A stretch of 64,000 nt of DNA. Source: Ascoidea asiatica JCM 7603 (Eukaryota; Fungi; Ascomycota). The stretch spans positions 235,451 to 299,450 of the forward strand of contig BCKQ01000015.1 of NCBI GenBank assembly GCA_001600695.1, read 5' to 3'. Made by a program: the position numbers and the translations under genes. Below, in pieces: positions 36,928-49,103 of this stretch. Under the pieces are notes generated by a model. The model did not search any database. It was not told the origin of the DNA and saw only the letters and a program-made list of their open reading frames with translations. Within the stretch, counting starts at the first letter, position 1. Every line of letters begins with the position of its first letter.

Positions 36928-37535
36928 TTTAAATAGTTTTATTTAATGGCCAAACTAAATTGATTAAATATTAGTAATAATCACTTAAGAAAAAGAGGAA
37001 AAGAATATAAATAAGATGAATAAGAGAATAAAGATTAAGAAAAGACAGAGAATAAAAGAGATATATGATATAATAGAGAAGAATATAATATAGTACAAAT
37101 AAAGAATATAATATAAAATAGATAAGTAAGATAAATTTAGATATTAATATACATACATTTTCTTAATTAATTAATGAAAATAAAGAAATATAGAATATAA
37201 AACTTGAATATAAAATTTAAAATCTAAAATAAGTTATAATTGATTGAAGATTCAGATTATACTAAATAAAGATATTAGTGATATGATTATGATAAATATA
37301 AAAAGACAAATTAATCTAAAATCCAGCTAGTAACTTTGAATTAACATGTAACCATTAAACAGTTTAAAAACACACATACCTATTCCAGGAGATTTAGATC
37401 TATCTGATTGATTATCTGATTAATTATCTGATTGGAAAAATGATTAGATATCACAAAGAATATGATTATTAGATAGAATTGATTGAATTAACTAGATATA
37501 ACTGATATAATTGATATAATTAATATAACTAATGT

Positions 37536-37536
<1 letters not shown>

Positions 37537-37581
<45 letters not shown>
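37537..37581. repeat. (GATT)n microsatellite
   Basis: About 11 tandem GATT units. Confidence 0.95.
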
Positions 37582-37584
<3 letters not shown>

Positions 37585-38030
37585 TGAAAGTGGTTGTGGA
37601 TCAAGAGGAAACAGAAGTAAAAACAACTGATAAGAAGAAACGTGAAAAGAGGCAGAAGCAGCAGTTTAAATACTCTTTCCACCATCACCGCCTCCCGCAA
37701 CAACCACAAGCGATAAGAAATCACAAGCAGAACCACCCCGGACACGTGCCTTCCCGCCCCTGATTGGCCAGAGCAAAGATTAGATCACCTGATCAAAACC
37801 CACACTTCTGGTACCAGGATTATTCCGGTCCCAGCTGATCCATGCATAAGGAAATATACTTTAAAGGCTTTTTGCAATCCATGCCGGTTTTTTATTTCCG
37901 TGTTTTTTGAATTAGTTGGTTATACATTAAGCTACATTAAGCCACCTTAAGCTACATTAAGCTATACAAAATTATATTATTTCATTTATCATTTATATCA
38001 TTTATATCATTAATGTTCATTGGAGACTAT

Positions 38031-41000
38031 TTAATAATACTCTTCAAGTCTTTTACCAATGATGATTTTTGCAGTTTTCGATACTGATTGAGTTGGAACT
38101 ATAATTGAATGTGCATGAATTGATTTAATTGGACTTTGACTACCAAAATTTTCATTAATTTCATAAATTTCAATAACTTTTGAAGAAATTATAAATAAAT
38201 ATCCTTTACCTAGAATTGCCTTTTCACATTTTATATTAAAAAATAATAATGAATTTCTTTGAAATTTTTCTCCTTTATAATTACATAAAACTCCAAATTC
38301 TTCATAAATTAAAATATATTTCTCAGGTTTAATTTTTAAACATGTAATAATTTTTTTTTTTAATTTAATTCCATTAAAAATATCAAATTTTGGTAATGTA
38401 AATTTTTGATCTAAAAATTGAATTTTAATTAATTCAAAATTTCTATCTGTATGAATAAAAACTCCCTTTTTTTCAACAATTGTAATTCCATTACAAATTC
38501 CTGGTATACTCATTGTATCAAATGAATCTAATTCAAATTCAAAATTATTTCTATTATTATTATTATTTTCAAAATTTGTTTTAACTAAAATTTCAATTTT
38601 AGAATTTATAACTCCTGTTGAAAATTCTGGTTTCATATAAAATAAAAAAAATGTCTTACCAATATATCCAACTTCAAATTTCATTATATTACTTGAAAGT
38701 GAAACTTTTTTAGCACTTTTTAAAATTGTATTATTATTACCAATATTATAATTATTATTTATAACATTTTCAATCATTTCTTTAAATTTACATTGAATTA
38801 AATCTCCTTTACTTAAAATCAATAAAATTCCAAATTTCTCAATATATTCAATTTGTAAAATATTTTCTCTTTTATAAATTAATTTCCATTCTTTTTCTTT
38901 AATATTTCTAATAAAAATTCCATTTATTGTACCAATTAATTCATAATTAATTCCATTATAATTATTAACTTCACATATACTTAAAATTTCTCTAATATTA
39001 AATGGTATTAAACAATTTTGAATTTTAAATGGATTTTTTTTATTTTGATTTTCAAAATATGCACTTTTAGATCTTAAAAATGGTGTTTTTAAACCCAGTT
39101 TAAAATTTTGAACTAAACATTCAAATTTAAATTTATTTATAATATTTTCAATATAAATTGTAGTAACAGATTTTGAATCTTCAAATTTAGCTTCTACTTT
39201 CTCAGGTTCATTTCCTTCATTATTATCTTCTTCATTATTTTTATCTTCATCATTATTATCTTTATCATTGTTTTTCTTTTTTTCAATTTTATCTTCACTT
39301 GGATGATCTTCAATATATAAATATTCCATTGGAATTGGTTGATAAACAATATAAAATTTAAATTTATTTATATCAGGTTTTGTAATTATAAGACAATTTG
39401 CAAATAAAAAAAGAATAAAACATTCTCTTGCATTTGAATTTTTTTTTAATTTTCTTTGAACACAAATTAAACTATCTAAATTCATTTCTTCAATACTAAA
39501 GGCAATTGGAACACGAAAAATAATTTTACTCCAATCAAGTTTTTTAAGAAAATAATCAGTTTCATAATAATTATGATAATGATCAAAATTTATTGTAAAT
39601 TTTGACATTAATCTTTGAACTTGAGTTGATTTATTATGATATGGATTTTGTTCAGAAAAACCTTTACCAACTTTACCAAGTAATTCTAATGATTGTGTTA
39701 AATAATAAAAATATTGAACCACACCTTTTTCAAAATCACTTTTACTAATTATTCTTTTTGATGATAAAGTTCCTTTCCATTTCTCAAATGTTTCTATTAA
39801 ATCTGTTTTAATATCATTATGTTCTGCAGATGGTACTAATCGTAAAGCTCCACCAATTTTTAAAAAACATTCAATACCAATATGAGCATGTAAAAATTTT
39901 AACCATGGTTTATATGAAAGTTTTATCCAATTTTCAAATACTGGTAAATAATTTCCTTTTACAATTTTAGGTCCTTCATTATTCATAATTTTAATTAATG
40001 GTTTCATTAATTGTTCTTCATGAAGATTTAAAATTTCTCTATAAGAATCAAAACAATCAAATTTGAATTGATTAAAATCATATGGATAACAGATTTGATT
40101 ACCTTGTGAACAAAAATCATCTTCTGCAGAAAGATATTTTTTTGTAGCAAAAATAAATCTTGCTTGATTTTTAAATAATTCAAAAATTTCATGTTGTTGT
40201 CTTTTTTGATCATTATTCATATGTTTCAAATAAGTTGGAGGTACATTATAAAATTTATGATAACCATTTTTCATTTGAGTAAATATTTCATTACTATAAA
40301 CATTTACAGATTCAATTACATTCCCAAGACTATCAAATGTTTTGAAATCTTTTTGAAATTCATATGGACAATAATGACAATAACAAGTTGAATTTTTCAT
40401 AACATTATTATTATTATCATTATTATTACTAATCTTATCATCAAAAGAAGATGAAAAAGATTGTGAATGATTAGAATAAGTGGAATAACATGGAGTTAAT
40501 TCTATTATAACACCAGATAAAATATCAGTTTCTTCAGTATTTAAATTAAAATAAATATATTCATTATTTCCTTGAAATGAATTAATTATATTATTTGATT
40601 GAAAATTATTAAAAATTGAATCAAGTAAATCTTTAATTTTAAAAGAATCATTTAATAATTTTGAATTATAAAAAGAAATTAAAAGTTCTAAAGATTTAAT
40701 AAAATTTAATTTTTTTAAAGAAACTGTAAAAGATTGAGAATTATCTGAATTATCTTGAAAAGGAGATAAAATTAATAAAAACCATTTATGTAAAGAAGAT
40801 AATAACCAAATTTCTTTACAATTTTCTAAATCTTTATTTTTAATTTGTTCTGGAGTAAATTCACCAATATTTGAATTATAATTTGACATTGAAATTAAAG
40901 TTTCATTTGAAAAAGTTGAATTTAATCTTTGAACTCTTTTTGAATCAATTTTTTTATTAATAATTTTATTATTATTATTATTATTATTAGTATTGATAAT

Positions 41001-41999
41001 ATTGGAATTAGAATTAGAATTAATACGAGTTTTAGAAGGAATTGGATTAACTAAAGTTGAAGTTGATGGTTTTCTTTGAGGTAAATTTGAAAAACTACTT
41101 GAACCTGAATTTCTATGATTAAAAGAAAGAATTGAATTTCTTGGAGTGTTATCTAAAGAATTAATAGTTGGAATAGAATTTAATGATGGAGAATGATTTT
41201 TAGTAAAGTTGTTTAAATTATTTATATTATTGAAATTATTTAAACAACTAAAGCTATTTGAATTATTTATAATAGTTGAATTAATTGAATTAGTTGAATT
41301 AGTTGAGTTAGTTGACACAATACTTGAATCATGAGATCTTTGAAAGTTGAATGGTTGTTGAATACCTTGAGGAGTTGAAGGTATATTATTTGAAATAGAA
41401 GATGATTGATTGAATGAATTGGTTTTAAATTGAGGATTTGAAATCGGAGAATTTGGAATAGAATTGGTTGAATTAGAAGTATTTAAAAAAGGATTAGCAA
41501 ATTTTTCATTAGGAACATTGTAATTATTATTATTATTAGAAATTGTATTTGAATTATTAGTTTGAGTAAAAACAGTTTTATCAGAAGAATTTGAACTTAT
41601 TGAATTTTTTCTTGAAATTTCTCTCTCTAAAGAATTATTTGTAAATGGAGTTGAATTGAAATTTCTTGAATTTGAGTTATTATTAGTATTTATGTTAATA
41701 TTAAAAGGATTAATAACTAAATCCTTAGAAGTTGTTGAAGAATCATTCATAGTATTACTTAATTGATTTAAAATATCAAGTGAATATGGAGATTCTTGAT
41801 TAGTTTCTTTATTACTATTGTCATTATTTTTATTGTCAATGCTATTAATGTTGAAATTAAAATTATCAAAAGTTATGGGAATGAAATTATTTATTATTTT
41901 TGAATTTGAACTTGAATAAGTTTCTGGATATAATTGAAGATTATTCAAAACTGGTGGGGTTTCATTATTTGTAAATTGAGATGAATAATTCTGAGCCAT
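38031..41999 (-). CDS. TUS1: Rho1 GEF, Tus1/Rom2 family (DH-PH-CNH), divergent
   Basis: GVIIELTPCYS...CYCHYCP Cys motif, QKRQQHEIFELF DH start, LFLFANCLIITK..YQPIPMEYL PH, IGTINGIF/ILQIEYIEKFGILLILS CNH. Confidence 0.75.
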   Translation of the reverse strand: MAQNYSSQFTNNETPPVLNNLQLYPETYSSSNSKIINNFIPITFDNFNFNINSIDNKNNDNSNKETNQESPYSLDILNQLSNTMNDSSTTSKDLVINPFNININTNNNSNSRNFNSTPFTNNSLEREISRKNSISSNSSDKTVFTQTNNSNTISNNNNNYNVPNEKFANPFLNTSNSTNSIPNSPISNPQFKTNSFNQSSSISNNIPSTPQGIQQPFNFQRSHDSSIVSTNSTNSTNSINSTIINNSNSFSCLNNFNNINNLNNFTKNHSPSLNSIPTINSLDNTPRNSILSFNHRNSGSSSFSNLPQRKPSTSTLVNPIPSKTRINSNSNSNIINTNNNNNNNKIINKKIDSKRVQRLNSTFSNETLISMSNYNSNIGEFTPEQIKNKDLENCKEIWLLSSLHKWFLLILSPFQDNSDNSQSFTVSLKKLNFIKSLELLISFYNSKLLNDSFKIKDLLDSIFNNFQSNNIINSFQGNNEYIYFNLNTEETDILSGVIIELTPCYSTYSNHSQSFSSSFDDKISNNNDNNNNVMKNSTCYCHYCPYEFQKDFKTFDSLGNVIESVNVYSNEIFTQMKNGYHKFYNVPPTYLKHMNNDQKRQQHEIFELFKNQARFIFATKKYLSAEDDFCSQGNQICYPYDFNQFKFDCFDSYREILNLHEEQLMKPLIKIMNNEGPKIVKGNYLPVFENWIKLSYKPWLKFLHAHIGIECFLKIGGALRLVPSAEHNDIKTDLIETFEKWKGTLSSKRIISKSDFEKGVVQYFYYLTQSLELLGKVGKGFSEQNPYHNKSTQVQRLMSKFTINFDHYHNYYETDYFLKKLDWSKIIFRVPIAFSIEEMNLDSLICVQRKLKKNSNARECFILFLFANCLIITKPDINKFKFYIVYQPIPMEYLYIEDHPSEDKIEKKKNNDKDNNDEDKNNEEDNNEGNEPEKVEAKFEDSKSVTTIYIENIINKFKFECLVQNFKLGLKTPFLRSKSAYFENQNKKNPFKIQNCLIPFNIREILSICEVNNYNGINYELIGTINGIFIRNIKEKEWKLIYKRENILQIEYIEKFGILLILSKGDLIQCKFKEMIENVINNNYNIGNNNTILKSAKKVSLSSNIMKFEVGYIGKTFFLFYMKPEFSTGVINSKIEILVKTNFENNNNNRNNFEFELDSFDTMSIPGICNGITIVEKKGVFIHTDRNFELIKIQFLDQKFTLPKFDIFNGIKLKKKIITCLKIKPEKYILIYEEFGVLCNYKGEKFQRNSLLFFNIKCEKAILGKGYLFIISSKVIEIYEINENFGSQSPIKSIHAHSIIVPTQSVSKTAKIIIGKRLEEYY

Positions 42000-42639
42000 T
42001 TGTGATAATTGGTAATATGTTTCTCAATTTTACTTTCCATGAGAAATAAATTAGATGATTGATAAAGTATTGAAGTTGAAAAGAAGAAGATGATTGTAAA
42101 AAAATTAGATTATTTCTATAAGAATAATATGGTATTTTAATCTTATTTTATTCTCAACAGCCAAAATACGAATCATTATCGTAATATAGAGTAATACCAG
42201 TAACGTTTACTCAATACGGTAATTGATCTGATCTCAGTGCAGTAACTACGCCCAGCGATAACTAAACACACCGCAGAAAACGCACTGTTTTTTTAACCCC
42301 CGAGCAGGCACCATCACAGCCACAATCAGTTATACCTAGCCACTTTGCATAGCCACATTTTTATGTGCATTAATGCAAGTATATGTTTTGCTTGAAAAAG
42401 GAAATAGTTAGGTCGAAACATATCAGGTGATTTTTTTACTTCATTTTTGATCGAATTACCGCAATTGGAACTCTTTAAATTGTTGTTATCTCAAGAAACA
42501 GTTTACTAACAATAAAGGATATATTGAATATCAATTTATGATTAAATTTTAGAAATTAATTTGAGATTAATTGTATTAAAATTTAATTTATTACATTACT
42601 ACTATTTTTATATATCTTTAGAATAAATAAATTAATTGA

Positions 42640-42810
42640 TTAACGATACTTGTGGAAACCAATGTTAGCAGCATTTTCTCTGAAAGCTTGTCTACATAAA
42701 TTAATACCATATTTTCTTATTAAACCAGCATGATTACCAGTAATTCTACATTGACGAGAACCTTTACCATAATTTCTTGGATGGGAATACCAAACGTTTT
42801 CATGAGCCAT
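42640..42810 (-). CDS. RPS29: 40S ribosomal protein S29 (uS14)
   Basis: Manual translation (below ORF-track cutoff): [56 protein letters not shown]. Confidence 0.97.
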   Translation of the reverse strand: MAHENVWYSHPRNYGKGSRQCRITGNHAGLIRKYGINLCRQAFRENAANIGFHKYR

Positions 42811-42817
42811 ATTGAAT

Positions 42818-43449
42818 CTGTAAATAAAATAAATTAGTTAGTTAGTATTTTATATTTAGTCTTGATTGATATAATCAAAATATAAACTTATTTTTTTTTT
42901 TCATTAATCCAAATCAATTTGAAAATCATTTTAACATTAAAATTATTGACAATATTTCAAATTCAAATAAGTCTCTTTAAACTGTGACCTTTTATTATAT
43001 TGTAAGTGTGTGTGTTTAATTTTATTATTTGATAAATATTTAGCAAATATTAATTTGAATATTACTGAATAGGATCTGATAGCTATAGTTTAGAGTAAAA
43101 TCATATATATATTATTCAAGAATGATTGAACTGATTCTTGATTTCTTAGTATTGAATTATCTTCCTATTATTACATATATTTATTTTCGATTACTATAAT
43201 AATTCTTCTTATTCACTAAAAAATAGCCATGATGTAGCAAGTATTGTTATCTTTGCGTTTTACATAATTTATACTTTATATCTTTTTACTTCATTTTTTG
43301 ATGTTTTACAATTTTCTTTTCCTATTTTCTTCCCTTAATTTTTTTTAGTGAGATAATTTCCAATACATCACACAAACTACTGGAATAATTAAAGTAATAC
43401 AATGATTGAATTATTGATTTGGAAATGAATTCAGATAAAAATAACCTAC
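42818..43449 (-). other. Probable 5'-UTR intron of RPS29
   Basis: TACTAAC branch point (42841-42847) and CAG acceptor (42818-42820) 7 nt before the ATG; donor GTAGGT at 43449 is a guess; S. cerevisiae RPS29 genes have 5'-UTR introns. Confidence 0.6.
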
Positions 43450-44255
43450 TAATTATATTAAATTATTACTGATTAATGATATTATTTTTAATTTGATAAT
43501 TTAAAATTTTAATTTATTTTTTTATGTAGCTTTATCAAAGTAATAACAATATTAATAATATCAACGATATACTCCAATATAATAATAGTCCTTTGTGAAG
43601 TTATGAAGTTAAGTGAAATATTCCCAGAAATTGATAGTGCTGATGATTTCTCGACCCATTGCAGTGGGAATTTGCATCTGCCCCAGCAAGACAACAACAG
43701 CCGCAAACTCACCCCAGCACAAAACAAAACAGCCAAATCAGCGTCAGTTTTCTCACCGCTGAGCCACGTGTTCAAGTCACAAACAATCTGTCCGTTGGAT
43801 AATCAAAAATATATATATATATATTGCAGCCCTGTAATATTTCACATGACTAACTTATTTAGAGTTAGAGCCCTTCTGTCAGGTTCCCCGGAAAATCTTC
43901 CAAACCTTATTCCACTTCACTGCAGATTTAGATTCAACCGAATTTCTTAACTCAATTGTTACAAATGTGATCCTGCATAGATATTGATCATCGTCTTCAA
44001 ATATTTTATATGAACTAAAAAAACAATTCTTTTATGAATTTATTTTTATATTGTATAATAAATATATATATATTATATATGAAAGAAATGAAAAATAAAT
44101 ACTATAATGCACTTGCTAAAATTAGAAATTGATTTAACTTATTCAATTTTAACAATATTTAGAATTAAAAAAAAAAAACTTTTGAATAAGAATAGTGAAA
44201 ATGGAAAAGTAATCTATTGTTAATTATTAATTAACTTTATTAATATAAAATATCA

Positions 44256-46157
44256 TCAAGCTTCAGTTTCAAGATTACGATAATATTCTTCTTCTTCAGC
44301 ATCTATAACATCTTTATAAAAATGCATATCAATATCCATAATTGATATTAAATGAGTTTTATAGTAAATTTTATATCCAAAAAATAATATTAAGAAAACT
44401 ATAATTCCAATATATCCAGATATAAATGTTTTGTAATCAAAACTAGATCCATTTCCAATATCAACAAAAACAGTAAAATCTTTAATTAATAATAAAAGTA
44501 TTAAAAAACTTAAAGCAAAATATTGTAAATATGGTGATCCATATGCAATATAATTATTTTTAAATTCCCTTTTAATATCTTGTAATTTTATTGCTTCTAA
44601 AAATCTAATATGTCCAAGTAATATTGCACACCATGAAATTAATCCAAATGTTATAATAACATTTACAAGATGAACAAAAATTATTCTTGAAGATGCTGAA
44701 CCAGAATTTATATATCCTAATAATGATATTATTGAACAAAATAAAAGTGAATATTTTGGAACTCCATTTTCTCCAGTTCTTGAAAAACATTTTGGTGCCA
44801 TTCCTGCAACTGATAATCCATATAATGTTCTTACTGAGATAAAAAGTTCAGTTGTAGAACCTGCAAAGACAAATGCTATTAAAACTCCATTTGCAATATG
44901 TGGTAAAACTGGAACACTTGCATTGATCATTGCAATTATAAATGCAGATGATTGTGCATTAGCATAAAGTGAACTTAATCCTTTTGCAAGTAAAATATCA
45001 TCATATGGTAATACCATTCCAAGTAAAAGTGTTAAACTTAAATAAATTGTAATAATAATCCAAAATGTGTATTTATTTATTTTAATAATATTTTCTCTTA
45101 TTGGTGTTGAAACTTCTGCTAATGCAACACCATAAACTTCTAATCCTGAAAGTGTATATGAAACTGGTGATAAAATACTAAAAAATGATATTATTCTTCC
45201 ACTTATACTTTCATAACTACTATATTCAGCAAATGCACCTGGAGTTTTCCAATATCTAAAACCTATTCTATCATGTTCTGGGCAACCTCCTAATGTAAGA
45301 CATATACAAAATATAAATAATCCTGTTAAACACATTAATTTAAATATTGCTAAACTCTGAATAACTGTGGCATAATTATTAACTCCAAGATAATTTGAAA
45401 GAATATCCATCATTAAAAACATTGTAATCCAAACTGCAGGATTAACTTTTTCTTTAGAAACCCAAAATTGCATTGCAGTTGTTACTGCACTCATTTGAGA
45501 TAATAAAAGTAAAAGATATTTTAGAAGATGAGTATAACCTGATGCAAATCCAAATGCCTTATCAACATATCTGGTACTATATCCAGTAAAGCTATCAGGT
45601 AATGGGATATATGTTGACATTTCACATAAACTAGATAAAACAATGTGAGTTATTCCTGTCATAAATATAGCTGCAATTAATAAACTACCAGGACCTCCTA
45701 CTTTTAATCCCAATCCTGTTGTGACTATAAATCCACTACTAACTTGACAAATTATGGTTAAACCAACAACATCATAAAATTGAAGTCGATGTCCAAGTTG
45801 ATGACCTTCTTCTAAAGGTAATGGTTTTCTAGAAGTAATTTGATGTAATTCATAAGAAACCTGTCTGTATAATGTTGAAGAAGTTGAAGTTGTATTAATT
45901 GAACCTGTATCACTTAAATCCTGATTTTCATTTTCATAATTTGAATTGCTCCTATTTTTATTTGAATTATAAGTTGATGATAAAATTGTTGAATTAGCTT
46001 CAGTATCTGTTAATGAACGTCTTGTATCAGGAAATGAAGGGCCAAATCCATTTGGCTTGAAAGAGTTAAATGAATTAATTCTACGAAGGTTTAATGACTC
46101 CCTTTGATTTTTTCGAATAGTATCTCGATTATCTCGATTATTATCTCGATTAAACAT
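44256..46157 (-). CDS. DIP5: Amino-acid permease (YAT/APC family), Dip5-like
   Basis: GGPGSLLI, LCEMSTYIPLPDSFTGYSTRYVDKAFGFA, GGCPEHDRIGFRYWKTPGAF, SAFIIA, SVRTLYGL. Confidence 0.75.
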   Translation of the reverse strand: MFNRDNNRDNRDTIRKNQRESLNLRRINSFNSFKPNGFGPSFPDTRRSLTDTEANSTILSSTYNSNKNRSNSNYENENQDLSDTGSINTTSTSSTLYRQVSYELHQITSRKPLPLEEGHQLGHRLQFYDVVGLTIICQVSSGFIVTTGLGLKVGGPGSLLIAAIFMTGITHIVLSSLCEMSTYIPLPDSFTGYSTRYVDKAFGFASGYTHLLKYLLLLLSQMSAVTTAMQFWVSKEKVNPAVWITMFLMMDILSNYLGVNNYATVIQSLAIFKLMCLTGLFIFCICLTLGGCPEHDRIGFRYWKTPGAFAEYSSYESISGRIISFFSILSPVSYTLSGLEVYGVALAEVSTPIRENIIKINKYTFWIIITIYLSLTLLLGMVLPYDDILLAKGLSSLYANAQSSAFIIAMINASVPVLPHIANGVLIAFVFAGSTTELFISVRTLYGLSVAGMAPKCFSRTGENGVPKYSLLFCSIISLLGYINSGSASSRIIFVHLVNVIITFGLISWCAILLGHIRFLEAIKLQDIKREFKNNYIAYGSPYLQYFALSFLILLLLIKDFTVFVDIGNGSSFDYKTFISGYIGIIVFLILFFGYKIYYKTHLISIMDIDMHFYKDVIDAEEEEYYRNLETEA

Positions 46158-47699
46158 TTTTGAGGTACTTTCAATATTCGATTCAAAAAATAACTTTTCT
46201 TTGACTTGAAAATCTTAAAATATCAAAAAATGATAATTATAATAAAAGCAATTAGGTTTATATTTCAGATTTACCATAAATTTCAGAAATTGATTGAAGC
46301 CAAAATCTAGGTTTAATTAAACAAAAAATGAAAAAAAAAAAAAGCAGAATAGTAAAAAGGAAAGGAACAATATACTTTATTTAAATACTCTATTTGTGTC
46401 TATGAAGATGTGATAATCTTTTCTGACATAACTTCGGTTAAAATAATGGATCAGATATTTTTTTGCAAATCTTCATTAGACTTAAATTTTATTCTTTTTT
46501 ACTTTTATTTTCCAACCAATTTTTGTGAATTTTAAAAGCTTTTATGTGTTGAGTACCTTCGTATTAATCTAAGACATTCTCAAAACTTGACCTAAATACT
46601 GCTTATACGCTTTTAGTTAGATATATATTAATGTTAGAAGAATGAATGTACATTATTTACTCGAATCAGATTTGCAAAAAACTATTCAAGTGCATAGTTT
46701 TCTGTATTAAGACCTTTTTCCATCAAAACTGGAATTATAAATTTTAAGATCTATAAAAGTTAAAGAAAACTCCAAATGGGGTTGTAAGAAAAAATAAAAA
46801 GTTAAGAAAGAAATGAAAAATTTAAGTTTTTCTCAAAATTGATAACAAAAGACTAATATTCCTAGATAGGAAACCAAGTTCAAAATTTTCATATAATGTT
46901 TCTTAAGACTATTTATAAAAGCCCCATATGTTTATACTTAAAATAATATTCCAAAGCAAAATAAGCATTTATAAGAAGCACTAAAGTATTACTAAGAGCT
47001 GGTTATCAAGATTCTACGAACCGGATACCGGAACCACAGGCAAGCGACGTCCCGGTTGTTGGAGGCACATAGCTTTGCGCCATTTAGAGTTTTAAATAAT
47101 CCGGCCTTAAACCTTAAAGTGCTCGGTCAATCAAAATCTTGGCAGCATTCCTTTTACAACCGTAAATAATAAAGTTTCAATTCTCCGTCAATCAGAATTA
47201 ATTGAACTTAAATTGATATCAATTGATATCAATTGAAAAGTTTCTACGGGTACCTGAGGTAATGTTTTTGAAAATGGTAAGGTACTGTGACATTTTAATG
47301 GAGAAAGGCTGATGTTTTTTCAGTTAATAATAGTAATCGAATTCACTTCTTCGGTTAATGTTAGGTTAGTGTTATGTTAATACTATGGTTACTGGCTTGA
47401 CTTTAAAAAGTTTTCAAGATAATAAGAAGATTCTTCTATGTTTCTAAACTTGTAAAGAAAAAGCTTTAAAAGAATATTATTTTTCATGAAGCTAACATAT
47501 ACTATTCATTATTTCTTACCAGTTTCTTGTTAGTAATCCACTATTAAAGCAACTTGTTTTTGGAAGCTTTAAAAAAATTTTAGTTGCTTCAATTTTAGAT
47601 TCAAATTACAGTTAAAAATTAATACTGTAATTGACTATTGTGAAGAACAAAGACTGACATAAAAACTATGACTGAAATACTGTTTGTTAAGAGATATTT

Positions 47700-48880
47700 G
47701 GGTCATTTGTTAGTTGACTGAATAATCAGTAAAATAAATGTGCAAAAATTTATATAGAAAAAGTTTTCGATAAAATTGTTTATTTGCCTGAATTAAAATA
47801 CAAGTTATCTCAAGGATGAAAAACATATTCTGATTTTTGAATTCATAAGTTCGTTTCAAAATCTTGAAAAAATTACTATCTTAAGATAAAATGAGATGAA
47901 AATGGATTTATTCAATATTCTAAGAAAGATCTAAGAAAAATTTAAGAGAGTAATTTCTAAAAGATCGCAGATCAATGGTCACTGAACATTGATCGATTTT
48001 AGTTATCTTGCTAAAGTAATGCAATAATCCATAATATCCAGAATCACATTTACAATTTGAATCATAATTAGTTAGTAATCAATAAAATCTAGATAAATTT
48101 TCAGATGATTAATAATATCGAAAATAATTTTTCAAGCCTTTTATTACTAGCCTGGTTTTTATGGAAAAACAAAAAAATTTAACAAAGCGACTCCGTGGCC
48201 AAGCTGGCTAAGGCGTGAGACTGTTAATCTCAAGATCGACAGTTCGATCCTGTCCGGGGTCGTTTCTTTTTACTTTTTGTAGTTTTATTTATTTGTTCAA
48301 ACTTCATAGGAACATAAAAAAGCGTGACTCACGTGCGTGTTTGGCTGAGTGAGTTTGGCCCATGGGATGTTTTATCAAAAACAGGTGCCCCATGATTGTG
48401 GCTTCATGTTGCAATACGTAGACCCTGCGTCAACATACCCCATACACTACTCTAATTTTACATCAAAATTTGGATAAATTAATACCAATCATTACAGATT
48501 TAGATTTATCTAAATATCAATTACGTTCAAATTCAATTCCATTAAACTCTCCAGAGTTTTTGAATTTAAAGAGTTTGAATATTTCGTCTAATCCTTCTTG
48601 TAATCTATATTTTATATCCGAATTATCTGAAAATCTTATCAATCTAAATATTGCAAATACCGATTTAGAAAGCATTCCAGTACACTTACTTTCTTTGAAA
48701 AAGTTAAAATATTTAACTATGAGTCTCTATTACCTTAAAACAATTAATTTCCTAAGTCATTGAAATCTCTTATACTTTTCAGGATATCCATGCTCACATG
48801 TGAGACTAAAGAATTTAAACCATTTGAATAATTTAGAATATATTTTTTTTTCACATAACAGATAAACAGAGAAATCATAA
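47700..48880 (+). pseudogene. Leucine-rich-repeat protein fragments around tRNA-Asn
   Basis: ORF 48470-48763 has LxxLxL/IxxN repeats (LKSLNISSN, LINLNIANT, LKYLTMS); FISSFQNLEKL relic near 47850; no intact long ORF. Confidence 0.55.
48189..48262 (+). tRNA. tRNA-Asn(GTT)
   Basis: GACTCCG...CGGGGTC acceptor stem, TGAGA-CTGTTAA-TCTCA anticodon arm, GTTCGATCC T loop, T-run terminator. Confidence 0.97.
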
Positions 48881-49103
48881 AAAAATAGATTATGATTCAA
48901 TAAGAGCAAAAGTTAAAAAAATAAATTGAAAAACCAATTGATGAACCAAATAAATTACCTAGATTAGAAAAAGAATTATCTGAAGTTTAATATCATTTTG
49001 ATACTGAAAGTAGAGATGTTTATGCAAATGGTCAATTAGAACAAAGAGTTGTTGAAGTTTTACAAAGAATGAGAGATTTAACTATAATTGCTTTAGCTGA
49101 TTG
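48880..49103 (+). pseudogene. RVS161 (BAR domain) C-terminal fragment with internal deletion
   Basis: DYDSIRAKVKK../EKP..../KLPRLEKELS and ESRDVYANGQLEQRVVEVLQRMRDLTIIALAD* resemble Rvs161 DFDAAKAKVRRLVDKP...KLPRAEKELS and SREDYANGLLD... Confidence 0.65.
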
